A stretch of DNA of 64,000 nt from Acidimicrobiales bacterium. GTDB taxonomy: Bacteria > Actinomycetota > Acidimicrobiia > Acidimicrobiales > UBA8190. Position numbers and translations under genes: made by a program. Below are positions 19,342 through 28,304 of the stretch, piece by piece (the stretch's first letter is position 1; every line of letters begins with the position of its first letter). Below the pieces are notes generated by a model, which worked only from the letters and a program-made list of their open reading frames with translations, did no database searches and was not told the origin of the DNA. Location: the NCBI GenBank assembly GCA_017882995.1, contig JADGOL010000228.1, positions 771 to 64,770 on the forward strand, written 5' to 3'.

Positions 19342-21596
19342 AGTTCCGCCGCCGGCGCTTCGCGCTGGCGCTGCGGAGTGCCGACACCCCGCGGCGCCCG
19401 CCGCGCCCGCCGCGCCCGACCGGGGGTCGTTTGCGACACCCCTTGCGTGGGACGCGCTTCTATCCGAAGCCGAAGAACCCGCGCCCGGCGCGGACACCGG
19501 AGCCCAGCGGGCCACGCATGCGACCGCGTCGATCGGTGGTCGACCGGGTGATGACGGTGAGCGAGCCTTCCGCACCGCGCACCGTGATCCGGTTGCGGGT
19601 GCTCGGCGTCGTCGTCGCCGCGCTCTTCTCGCTCATGTTCATCCGGCTGTGGTACCTCCAGGTGCTCGACACCTCGGCGTACTCCAAGACCGTGACCGCC
19701 AATCAGGTCCGACCTGTCGAGGTCCCCGCACCGCGTGGGCTCATCACCGATCGGAACAGCAACATCATCGTGGGCGACCAGGTGACCCAGGACATCACGC
19801 TGTCGAGGGTGGCCGCCCAAGAGCACCCGGCCGTTGTGGGACAGCTCGCTGCTCTTCTCGGGATGTCCTCGGCCCAGATCGAGGCGGACCTCGCCAATGT
19901 CCAGTACAGCCTGTACAAGCCCGTTCCGATCGTCGAGAACGCACCACTCTCCGACGTGCTCTACATCGGCGAGCACGCGTCGATGTTCCCCGGGGTGTCG
20001 ACCGTCGCCGACACCAACCGCACGTATCCGCTCGGGCAGACCGGCGTGCAGATGCTCGGGTACGTGGGACAGATCTCGAGCCAGCAGCTCCAGGCTCACA
20101 AGTCGGCGGGATACCAACTGGGCGACCTCTTCGGGCAGAGCGGGCTGGAGAACCAGTACCAGGCGGCGTTGCGCGGCAGCCCCGGCGTCGACAGGGTCGA
20201 GGTGGACGCGCACGGACAGGTGGTGGGCAGCCTGGGAGAAACGCCACCCACGTCAGGAGACGATCTGGTCACCAACATCGACTCCGGGCTCGAGCAGACA
20301 CTGCAACAGGCGCTCGACGCCGAGATCGCGTCGCTCAAGGGCAAGTCCACCGAGGGCGCCGCGGTCGCCCTCGACCCGCAGACCGGAGCGGTCCTCGCAC
20401 TCGTGTCGTCGCCGACGTATGACCCGACGTGGTGGACGAACGGGATCTCCACCGTCCACTACCACCAGATCCAGGCCACGGGCGCCCAGAACAACAACGC
20501 CATCCAGGGCCTCTACACCCCGGGATCGACGTTCAAGTTGGCCACGGCCACGGCTGCGCTCCAGACCGGTCTGATCTCGCCCAGCTTCACGTACAACGAC
20601 ACCGGTGCCTACACCGTCCCCGGGTGCAAGACGGGAGGGGCGGGATGCGTGACCTATCACGACAACGAGGGGGAAGTCGGCGGTCGGATCAACGTGTCCC
20701 AGGCCCTCACGGTGTCGAGTGACATCTTCTTCTACAACCTCGGCGTCTCATTCTGGAACGACTACAAGGCCAACGGCCGCTACGGCGAGGCGCCCATCCA
20801 GAACGCGGCGGCGCAACTCGGCTACGGCGACGTCACCGGGATCGACCTGCCCAACGAGACCCACCTCGCCCGCGTGGACTCGCCCACGGTCGTCCAGCGC
20901 GAGCACACCCAGGACCCCAAGGACTACCCCAACGGCCAATGGTTCACCGGGAACAACCTCGAGCTCGCCTTCGGTCAGGGAGGCACCGTGATCACGCCGC
21001 TCGAACAAGCCGTCGCCTACGCCACGTTTGCCAACGGAGGCACCCGATACGTCCCCCAGATCGCTGCTGGCACGGTCAATGCACAGGGGAAGGTGGTGCG
21101 CACCATCGTTCCCAAGGTCGCCGGCCACGTCACTTTCTCGCCCGCCAACCACCAGGCCATGCTCCAGGGGTTCGAGGGGGTCATCCAGAACTCCAAGGGC
21201 ACCGCCGCTTCCGCCTTCGCGGGCTTCCCCTTGTCCAGCTTCCCTCTGGCGGGCAAGACCGGGACGGCGACGACCAACGAGCAGCAGCCCAACTCGTGGT
21301 TCGTGGGCTGGGGGCCGGTCCCGAACCCCAGTTACCTGATCGCGGTGGTGGTCCAGGGCGGCGGTTTCGGGTCCCAGGCCGCGGCGCCGGTGGCCCGCCA
21401 GGGGTTCGACTACCTCGTGGCGCATCCGGAGTCCCCGACCCACCTCGGCCCGGCAACCACCCCGGTCGTCCCCCTGCCCCCACCGACCACGACGACAACG
21501 AGCCCGGGGTCCACGACCACGACGACCCCGAAGACCACCGCCAAGCCCAGGGCCCTGGCCGCCACCCGGCGCCGAGCCGGTCGGGGAGGGCTCTAG
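19338..21596 (+). CDS. mrdA: Penicillin-binding protein 2 (class B transpeptidase, elongasome)
   Basis: TM anchor VLGVVVAALFSLMFIRLWYLQV, SxxK motif STFK, SSD (SxN-type), KTGTA. GTG 19338 overlaps the mreD stop, and the in-frame third-position GC of 19338-19550 supports translation of the basic N-terminal extension. Alternative start ATG 19551. Confidence 0.9.
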   Translation: MKFRRRRFALALRSADTPRRPPRPPRPTGGRLRHPLRGTRFYPKPKNPRPARTPEPSGPRMRPRRSVVDRVMTVSEPSAPRTVIRLRVLGVVVAALFSLMFIRLWYLQVLDTSAYSKTVTANQVRPVEVPAPRGLITDRNSNIIVGDQVTQDITLSRVAAQEHPAVVGQLAALLGMSSAQIEADLANVQYSLYKPVPIVENAPLSDVLYIGEHASMFPGVSTVADTNRTYPLGQTGVQMLGYVGQISSQQLQAHKSAGYQLGDLFGQSGLENQYQAALRGSPGVDRVEVDAHGQVVGSLGETPPTSGDDLVTNIDSGLEQTLQQALDAEIASLKGKSTEGAAVALDPQTGAVLALVSSPTYDPTWWTNGISTVHYHQIQATGAQNNNAIQGLYTPGSTFKLATATAALQTGLISPSFTYNDTGAYTVPGCKTGGAGCVTYHDNEGEVGGRINVSQALTVSSDIFFYNLGVSFWNDYKANGRYGEAPIQNAAAQLGYGDVTGIDLPNETHLARVDSPTVVQREHTQDPKDYPNGQWFTGNNLELAFGQGGTVITPLEQAVAYATFANGGTRYVPQIAAGTVNAQGKVVRTIVPKVAGHVTFSPANHQAMLQGFEGVIQNSKGTAASAFAGFPLSSFPLAGKTGTATTNEQQPNSWFVGWGPVPNPSYLIAVVVQGGGFGSQAAAPVARQGFDYLVAHPESPTHLGPATTPVVPLPPPTTTTTSPGSTTTTTPKTTAKPRALAATRRRAGRGGL

Positions 21597-21609
21597 ACTC
21601 CTCGGGCAC

Positions 21610-23586
21610 ATGACTTCTCTGTGGCCACGGATCGAGCCTCTCCTGGCCCAGGTCACGAAGCCCGCCCGGTACATCGGTGGTGAGCTCGGGGCGCAGCGGC
21701 CCGTGCACGGGCCCGAGCGGGTGGCCTGGCTGTTGCTCTACCCCGATACCTACGAGATCGGACTGCCCAACCAGGGCCTCCAGATTCTGTACGAGATATT
21801 GAACGAGCGTCCCGATGCGGTGGCGGAACGTGCCTATGCGCCCTGGACCGACATGGAAGCGGCCATGCGCGCCGCCTCGGTCCCACTGTTCTCGCTGGAG
21901 GGCTGCGTGGCGGCGGGAGAGTTCGACGTCCTGGCCTTCAACTTGTCGGCCGAGCTGACCTACACCAATGTGCTCAACCTGGTCGACCTGGCCGGGGTGC
22001 CCGTGCACAGCGCGGACCGTGACGTCTCGCACCCCCTGGTGGTGGCGGGGGGCCACTGCGCCTTCAACCCCGAGCCCCTGGCCGACTTCGTCGACGCCTT
22101 CGTCCTCGGCGACGGCGAGGAGGCGGTCGGGGACCTGACCGAGGTGATCGGGTCGTGGCGGGCGTCGGGGGCTCAACGTCGCGACGACCTGCTGGAGGCC
22201 TTGACGTCGGTGCCCGGCGTGTACGTCCCCTCCTGCTACGAGCCGAGCTACGAGAAGGGACGTCTGACCGGGGTGCGACCGCGCTGGGCGGGTGTTCCCG
22301 AGCGCGTCGAGAAGCGGACGATCGCGGATCTGGGGGAGTGGCCCTATCCCAAGCAGCAGCTGGTGCCGCTGATCGAGGTCGTCCACGACCGGCTCAACGT
22401 CGAGGTGTTCCGGGGCTGCACGCGAGGTTGTCGGTTCTGTCAGGCCGGGATGATCACCCGACCCGTGCGCGAGCGCCCGGCGGAGCAGGTGGACCAGATG
22501 GTTCGTGACGGCCTCGACCGCACGGGATACGACGAGGTCACCTTGACGTCGCTCTCGAGTGCGGACTTCTCGGGGATCGGCGACGTGGTGTCCTCGATCA
22601 TCAACGACCCGGAGTGCTCGGGTCAGGTGTCGGTGAGCCTGCCCAGCTTGCGGGTCGACGCCTTCACCGTGGGTCTGGCGGCCGAGATCCAGAAGGTGCG
22701 GCGCACCGGGCTCACGTTCGCTCCCGAGGGCGGGACATGGCGGATGCGCCAGGTCATCAACAAGCTCATCCGGGAGGAGGATCTCTACGCGGCCGTCGAT
22801 GCCGCCTTCTCCCAGGGCTGGAGACGGGTGAAGCTGTACTTCCTCATCGGCTTGCCCACCGAGACCGATGAGGACGTGCTGGGCATCACTCGGCTCGCCG
22901 GCGCCTGTGCCGAGATCGGGCGCCGCTATCACCACAACGTGACGGTCACCGCCTCGGTGGGCGGGTTCGTCCCCAAGGCGCACACGCCCTTCCAGTGGTT
23001 CGGGCAGAACACGATGGAAGAGCTCCGGCGCAAGGTGGGAATGCTCAAGGACGCGGCGCGCGGCACACGGGGGCTCACGTTGCGTTGGCACGATCCCGAG
23101 GCCACGACCGTGGAGGGCCTGGTGAGCAGGGGCGACCGCCGCATGGGTGCGGTGATCGAGCACGTCTGGCGCAACGGGGGCACCTTCCAGGAGTGGTCCG
23201 AGCACTTCGACTTGGGGTTGTGGACGAGCGGGCTCGAGGCCGTCGGGCTCGACTTCGCCGACACCGTGTACCGCCACCGCGACGAGCACGAGGTCTTGCC
23301 CTGGGACCACGTCTCGGCCGGGCTGCACCGAGACTTCCTCTGGCAGGACTTCCAAGAAGCCCTGGCCGAGCATGGCCTCGAGGACTGCCGTTGGACTCCG
23401 TGTTACGACTGTGGCGCGTGCACCGGGCTCGGGGTCGAGCACATGGTGGCGTCGGCCGTGGCCCCCGCCGGCGGGAGTCAGGGCACCGGGCAGGACTTGG
23501 CCACCGGAGGCGCCGTGCCGGTGAGGTTCTTGGAGACCGCGGGGGCGGCCTTGGCGTCGGGGCCGAGCGGGGAACAACTCCCGTGA
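21610..23586 (+). CDS. B12-binding-domain radical SAM protein (TIGR03960-like)
   Basis: 658 aa. Radical SAM cluster motif CTRGCRFCQAG. Its length and layout, and the paired downstream DUF2344-type gene, match the conserved two-gene set. Confidence 0.85.
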   Translation: MTSLWPRIEPLLAQVTKPARYIGGELGAQRPVHGPERVAWLLLYPDTYEIGLPNQGLQILYEILNERPDAVAERAYAPWTDMEAAMRAASVPLFSLEGCVAAGEFDVLAFNLSAELTYTNVLNLVDLAGVPVHSADRDVSHPLVVAGGHCAFNPEPLADFVDAFVLGDGEEAVGDLTEVIGSWRASGAQRRDDLLEALTSVPGVYVPSCYEPSYEKGRLTGVRPRWAGVPERVEKRTIADLGEWPYPKQQLVPLIEVVHDRLNVEVFRGCTRGCRFCQAGMITRPVRERPAEQVDQMVRDGLDRTGYDEVTLTSLSSADFSGIGDVVSSIINDPECSGQVSVSLPSLRVDAFTVGLAAEIQKVRRTGLTFAPEGGTWRMRQVINKLIREEDLYAAVDAAFSQGWRRVKLYFLIGLPTETDEDVLGITRLAGACAEIGRRYHHNVTVTASVGGFVPKAHTPFQWFGQNTMEELRRKVGMLKDAARGTRGLTLRWHDPEATTVEGLVSRGDRRMGAVIEHVWRNGGTFQEWSEHFDLGLWTSGLEAVGLDFADTVYRHRDEHEVLPWDHVSAGLHRDFLWQDFQEALAEHGLEDCRWTPCYDCGACTGLGVEHMVASAVAPAGGSQGTGQDLATGGAVPVRFLETAGAALASGPSGEQLP

Positions 23587-24281
23587 GGATCCGGGCCCGC
23601 TTCACCAAGGTCGGCAAGGTGCGCTTCACCAGTCATCGCGACGTGGCGCGCATGTGGGAACGGGCACTGCGCCGCGGCCGGATGCCGGTCTCCTACACCG
23701 CGGGCTTCACGCCCCGCCCGCAGCTCAGCTTCGGCCTCGCCCTCCCCACGGGGTGCGAGTCGATAGCCGAATACCTCGACATCGCGCTGGACGAACCGGT
23801 CGGGCCGTCCGACCTGGCGCGAGCCGTCGGGTCGATGTTGCCCGACGGGGTGGACGTGGTGGCGGCGGGGATCCTCGAGCCCGGCACGAACTCGTTGCAA
23901 GAAGACGTGTCCTCGTGCTTGTGGGAGATCGAAGTTCCCGGTGTCGTCCCCGAGGACCTCGATGTGGCGATCGAGCGCGCGCTCGGCGCCGACTCCCTCC
24001 CCATCCAGCGCGAGCGCAAGGGACGCAACGTGGTCGACGACCTGCGTCCTTCGGTGCTGGCGTTGTCGTGTGCCGGTTCCGACGTGGACGGCGCCCGGCT
24101 CCTCGCGGAGCTCGGGACCCGACCACGCGGAGTACGACCTTCCGAGCTCGCCCAGGCATTGGGTGTGGAGCTCGGTCTTGCCCGTAGAACCTGTCAATGG
24201 ATCGAGCGCGACGGCTCCCGATGGGAGCCTCTCATGGCGGACCCCGCGGGTACCGCAGTCATCTGGGAGCGCGCCTCGTGA
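23583..24281 (+). CDS. Radical-SAM-associated protein (TIGR03936 / DUF2344-like)
   Basis: Begins VRIRARFTKVGKVRFTSHRDVARMWERALRR...YTAGFTPRPQLSF. The GTG start overlaps the upstream stop (GTGA). Confidence 0.8.
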   Translation: MRIRARFTKVGKVRFTSHRDVARMWERALRRGRMPVSYTAGFTPRPQLSFGLALPTGCESIAEYLDIALDEPVGPSDLARAVGSMLPDGVDVVAAGILEPGTNSLQEDVSSCLWEIEVPGVVPEDLDVAIERALGADSLPIQRERKGRNVVDDLRPSVLALSCAGSDVDGARLLAELGTRPRGVRPSELAQALGVELGLARRTCQWIERDGSRWEPLMADPAGTAVIWERAS

Positions 24282-24305
24282 GAAGTACGAGAAGGGATCG
24301 TCCCC

Positions 24306-26294
24306 ATGTCCGATACGAGCGCCGGGCAGCCGACGACCGAGCCCATCGGCTCGCCGTCAGCACCCGCATCCACAGACCCCAGGGCTGCGAACGCCACCGG
24401 TGGGGTCGATACGTCGACACCCGAGGTCACCACTAGTGACGGACTGACAACCGACACCGAGCCCGGCGACACCGAGCGCGGCGACACCGAGTCCGGCGAC
24501 ACCGCGCCCGGCGACACCGAGTCTTCGGAGACGACGACCGGTGACGCCGCGTCCGGCGACACGCCGGCAGTGGTGGGGCCCAGCACGTCCTCCAACCCCC
24601 GTCGGCGGCGGAAGCGCCCCTCCGGAGCGCGCCCCGCGGGTGCGACAGCGTCGGAGGCATCCAACGATCCCGCCGATGACGACAACGCCGCGGTGGGCGA
24701 TGACGGGGACGAAGCCCTCGGCGAAACCCCCGCCCCGCCCCAGGTGGGCGAGCGCAAGCTCCCCCTCGAGCGACCCCGGATCGGTGACACCCGGCCCGCC
24801 CGCCCCGTCACGGCTCCGGTGGCGCCTGTGCCCGTGGCGCCCGTGCCCGTGACGCGGCCTGCAGCCAAGCCGGCCAAGCGTGCGCCGCGCCCCGCCGTCG
24901 TGGCGGGATCGGGCGCGGCCGAGCCCGAAGACGACCAGTACGACCAGGACGACCAGGAGGCGGAGACCAAGGCGTCGGGTGGACGGTCGCGGCGTCGCAG
25001 CGGCAGGGAGCGGCGCGGACGACCGGTGGGTCGCTACCTGATGTGCGTTCACGTGCTTCCCCATGCCACCCAGATCGCGGTGCTCGAGGGCAGGACCCTC
25101 GTCGAGCACTACGTGTCAAGGGCGTCGGACGATGCCACCCAGATCGACGGCAACATCTACCGGGGCCGGGTCCAGAACGTCCTCCCGGGAATGGAGGCCG
25201 CCTTCATCGACATCGGGACCCCCAAGAACGCCGTGCTCTACCGAGGTGACGTCCGCTACGACGTCGAGGACATCGAAACGGCGAAGAGTGCCTCGCCTCG
25301 CATCGAGGAGATGTTGCGCCCCGGGCAGGTCATCTTGTGCCAGGTCACGAAGAACCCGATCGGTGCCAAAGGGGCCCGCCTCACCCAGGAGGTCTCGCTT
25401 CCAGGTCGGTTCGTGGTCATGGTCCCCAACTCCACCGCGTTCGGCATCTCCAAGCGGCTCGACGACAACGAGCGCAAGCGGTTGCGCCGGATCGTCGACG
25501 AGGTGCGTCCTGCCGGTCACGGCCTGATCGTCCGCACCGCGGCGGAAGGGGCGAGCCAGGACGAGCTGCGCCACGACGTCGAGCGCCTGGTGGCGTTGTG
25601 GGAGGCGATCGAGGCCGAGGCCAATCGGTCCAACGCCCCGGGACTGCTCTACCGGGAGCCCGACCTGGCCGTGCGGATCGTGCGGGAGGAATTCAACCGC
25701 GAGTACCGGAACGTGGTCATCGATGACGAGAGTCTGTATGCGCAGGTGCGCGACTACATCGGGCAGGTGAACCCCGAGCTCGTCGACCGCGTCGAGTACT
25801 ACGACCCAGTGGTCGAGAACCTGCCGATCTTCGAACGCTTCCACGTGCACGAGCAGTTGCACAAAGCTCTCGACCGCAAGGTGTGGTTGCCGTCGGGCGG
25901 ATCGATCATCATCGAGGGCACCGAGGCCCTCACCGTCATCGACGTGAACACCGGCAAGAACGTCGGCAAGTCCAACCTCGAGGAGACCGTCTACCGCAAC
26001 AACCTCGAGGCGGCCGAGGAGATCGCGCGGCAGCTGCGACTGCGCGACATCGGTGGGATCATCGTGATCGACTTCATCGACATGGAGATCCGGGACAACC
26101 GGGACCGGGTGTCCGCCGCCCTGCGCTCTGCCCTGGCCCGGGACAAGACGCGGACCCAGGTCTTCGACATCTCGGAGCTGGGCCTGGTCGAGATGACCCG
26201 GAAACGGGTCTCTGAGGGCCTGGTCGAGTCGCTGTCGAGCACCTGCACGGTGTGCGGGGGGCGCGGGATCGTGCTCGACGAATCCCTCCTGTAG
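24306..26294 (+). CDS. rne: Ribonuclease E/G family endoribonuclease with a roughly 240-aa disordered N-terminal extension
   Basis: S1 domain (IYRGRVQNVLPGMEAAFIDIG), catalytic core (GGSIIIEGTEALTVIDVNTG; GGIIVIDFIDM), C-terminal zinc-link CTVCGGRG. Confidence 0.93.
   Translation: MSDTSAGQPTTEPIGSPSAPASTDPRAANATGGVDTSTPEVTTSDGLTTDTEPGDTERGDTESGDTAPGDTESSETTTGDAASGDTPAVVGPSTSSNPRRRRKRPSGARPAGATASEASNDPADDDNAAVGDDGDEALGETPAPPQVGERKLPLERPRIGDTRPARPVTAPVAPVPVAPVPVTRPAAKPAKRAPRPAVVAGSGAAEPEDDQYDQDDQEAETKASGGRSRRRSGRERRGRPVGRYLMCVHVLPHATQIAVLEGRTLVEHYVSRASDDATQIDGNIYRGRVQNVLPGMEAAFIDIGTPKNAVLYRGDVRYDVEDIETAKSASPRIEEMLRPGQVILCQVTKNPIGAKGARLTQEVSLPGRFVVMVPNSTAFGISKRLDDNERKRLRRIVDEVRPAGHGLIVRTAAEGASQDELRHDVERLVALWEAIEAEANRSNAPGLLYREPDLAVRIVREEFNREYRNVVIDDESLYAQVRDYIGQVNPELVDRVEYYDPVVENLPIFERFHVHEQLHKALDRKVWLPSGGSIIIEGTEALTVIDVNTGKNVGKSNLEETVYRNNLEAAEEIARQLRLRDIGGIIVIDFIDMEIRDNRDRVSAALRSALARDKTRTQVFDISELGLVEMTRKRVSEGLVESLSSTCTVCGGRGIVLDESLL
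24453..24527 (+). repeat. Five in-frame 15-nt tandem repeats (GACACCGAGNCCGGC) encoding (D-T-E-x-G)n in the rne N-terminus
   Basis: Directly visible units start at 24453, 24468, 24483, 24498 and 24513. The peptide is DTEPGDTERGDTESGDTAPGDTESS. Confidence 0.9.
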
Positions 26295-26306
26295 GATCTC
26301 CTGGCT

Positions 26307-26627
26307 ATGTATGCGGTGATCCAAAGCGGTGGCAAGCAGGAGCGGGTGGCCGAGGGCCAGCAACTGCGCGTGGAGCTTCTCGGGGTGCCCGAGGGGAGCG
26401 AGGTCGAGCTTTCTCCGGTGCTCGTGGTGGACGACGACCGCGTGCTCGCCACCCCCGCAGAGCTCGCCGGCACGGTGGTGGCCGCCCGGGTCGTGGGCCA
26501 GGAGCTCGGTCCCAAGATCCGGGGGTTCACGTACCAGGCCAAGGCGAGGCGCCGGCGGCGCTGGGGTCACCGTCAGCAGTACGACACCGTCGAGATCGTG
26601 TCGATCACGGTCCCCGCGGGCCGCTGA
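26307..26627 (+). CDS. rplU: 50S ribosomal protein L21
   Basis: MYAVIQSGGKQERV... 106 aa. Confidence 0.97.
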   Translation: MYAVIQSGGKQERVAEGQQLRVELLGVPEGSEVELSPVLVVDDDRVLATPAELAGTVVAARVVGQELGPKIRGFTYQAKARRRRRWGHRQQYDTVEIVSITVPAGR

Positions 26628-26651
26628 GCCCGCCCCCAGGAGGAGGTTCTC

Positions 26652-26906
26652 GTGTCGAAGACCAAAGGTGGGGGCTCCACCCGCAACGGCCGCGATTCGA
26701 AGTCCAAGCGCCTCGGCGTGAAGGTGTACGACGGCACGACCGTTCCCGCCGGCGCGATCATCCTGCGCCAGCGGGGCACCAAGTTCCATCCCGGTGAGAA
26801 TGTCGGGCGCGGTGGCGACGACACGCTGTTCGCGACCGCCGAGGGCGTGGTGAGCTTCGGCACCCGCAAGGGTCGCCGTCAGGTGAGCGTCCGCGTCGAG
26901 TCCTGA
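26652..26906 (+). CDS. rpmA: 50S ribosomal protein L27
   Basis: [24 protein letters not shown]... 84 aa. Confidence 0.97.
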   Translation: MSKTKGGGSTRNGRDSKSKRLGVKVYDGTTVPAGAIILRQRGTKFHPGENVGRGGDDTLFATAEGVVSFGTRKGRRQVSVRVES

Positions 26907-26969
26907 GCCGAGGTGGCCGGTCCCTCTCTCCCTCGGGAGGGAGTGACGGTGCCTCGTAGAATCGGAGCC

Positions 26970-28304
26970 GTGTCCGGGTTCGCCGACGAAGCCCAAGTCC
27001 ATGTGAAGGCGGGCAACGGCGGTGCCGGTTCCGTGTCGTTTCGTCGTGAGGCCCATGTGTCGAAGGGCGGCCCCGACGGTGGTGACGGTGGCAACGGGGG
27101 CGATGTCTGGCTCGTGGCCTCGACCAACCAGGCGTCGCTGCTCGGTTTTCGCGACCATCCCCATCGTCGGGCCACCGACGGCAAGCACGGACAGGGAAAG
27201 AAGCGCCACGGCCCCCGGGGCCAGGCCCTCGAGGTGCCCGTGCCGGTCGGGACGATGGTGCGGGGCCCCGACGGGTCGGTCCTCGCCGACCTCGCCACGG
27301 CGGGAGACCGCTGGTTGGCCGCCGGTGGGGGACGGGGTGGGCGCGGCAATGCCCGCTTCCTCTCCAATCGCCGGCGTGCGCCCGCCTTCGCCGAGCAGGG
27401 CGAGAAGGGTGAGGAGCGCTGGCTCGATCTCGAGCTGAAGTTGCTCGCCGACGTGGCACTGGTGGGGCTGCCGAACTCCGGCAAGAGCACCTTGATCTCG
27501 CGGATCTCCGCCGCTCGTCCCAAGGTGGCGGCCTATCCGTTCACCACCCTCGAGCCGCACCTGGGCGTGGTCCGGGTGGGGCGGCCCGGCGACGAGACCG
27601 AGTTCGTGGTGGCGGATGTGCCGGGGCTGGTGGAGGGTGCGGCCGAAGGGCGCGGGCTCGGTCACCGGTTCCTCCGACACGTCGAGCGCGCCCGCGCCCT
27701 GGTGGTGTTGCTCGACCTGGCCCCCGCCGACGCGGTCTCGGCGTCGGAGCAGGAGCGGATCCTGCTCACCGAGCTCGGTCGCTATCGACCGGAGCTGCTC
27801 CAACGTCCCCGCCTGGTCGTGGGGTCGAAGTCCGATGTGGCGCTCGAAGGGATCGACGCCGAACCCGAGCTCATCATCTCGGCGGTCACCGGGGCGGGGA
27901 TCCCCGAGCTCCTCGTCCGACTCGCCGCCATGGTCGTCGAGGCTCGCGTGGCCGAGGCGATGCCCAATCGCTCCGTCGTGATCCACCGCCCCCTGTCGGA
28001 GGAGATCGAGGTGATCCGTTCCGAAGACGGATCGTTCGTGGTCCTCGGCCGTCCCGCCCTGCGAGCCGTGGCGTTGTCGGATCTCAACGACCCCGACGCC
28101 GTCGACTACGTCCAGAGCCGCCTGCGCCGCCTCGGGGTGGAGCGTGCCCTCGTACGCGCCGGGGTGCGCGACGGTGATGTGGTGCATCTCGGTGAGCTGA
28201 GCTTCACCTACCAACGCGAGGAGGGGGTCGAGGGTGCGGTGTCTGAGACACCGCTTCCCGAGATCAGGCGTTCCACCCGTCGCGGCCGGGGATCGGACCG
28301 ATGA
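26970..28304 (+). CDS. obg: GTPase Obg/CgtA
   Basis: FADEAQVHVKAGNGGAGSVSFRRE (Obg fold), G1 motif GLPNSGKST, C-terminal OCT-like domain. GTG 26970 is preferred; the ORF also opens at GTG 26913. Confidence 0.93.
   Translation: MSGFADEAQVHVKAGNGGAGSVSFRREAHVSKGGPDGGDGGNGGDVWLVASTNQASLLGFRDHPHRRATDGKHGQGKKRHGPRGQALEVPVPVGTMVRGPDGSVLADLATAGDRWLAAGGGRGGRGNARFLSNRRRAPAFAEQGEKGEERWLDLELKLLADVALVGLPNSGKSTLISRISAARPKVAAYPFTTLEPHLGVVRVGRPGDETEFVVADVPGLVEGAAEGRGLGHRFLRHVERARALVVLLDLAPADAVSASEQERILLTELGRYRPELLQRPRLVVGSKSDVALEGIDAEPELIISAVTGAGIPELLVRLAAMVVEARVAEAMPNRSVVIHRPLSEEIEVIRSEDGSFVVLGRPALRAVALSDLNDPDAVDYVQSRLRRLGVERALVRAGVRDGDVVHLGELSFTYQREEGVEGAVSETPLPEIRRSTRRGRGSDR

Noticed and set aside
21181-23577. 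798-aa minus-strand ORF
   Set aside because: It is antisense to the radical SAM gene, which has a clear CxxxCxxC motif. The composition is low-complexity R/P/G-rich, and there are no start-context signals.
24453-24527. Tandem repeats here, and at 45788-45877 and 58971-59026, as possible CRISPR or non-coding arrays
   Set aside because: All are short (15-30 nt) head-to-tail units without spacers. They are in frame inside rne, rpsB and infB and encode low-complexity peptide repeats, so they are not CRISPR.
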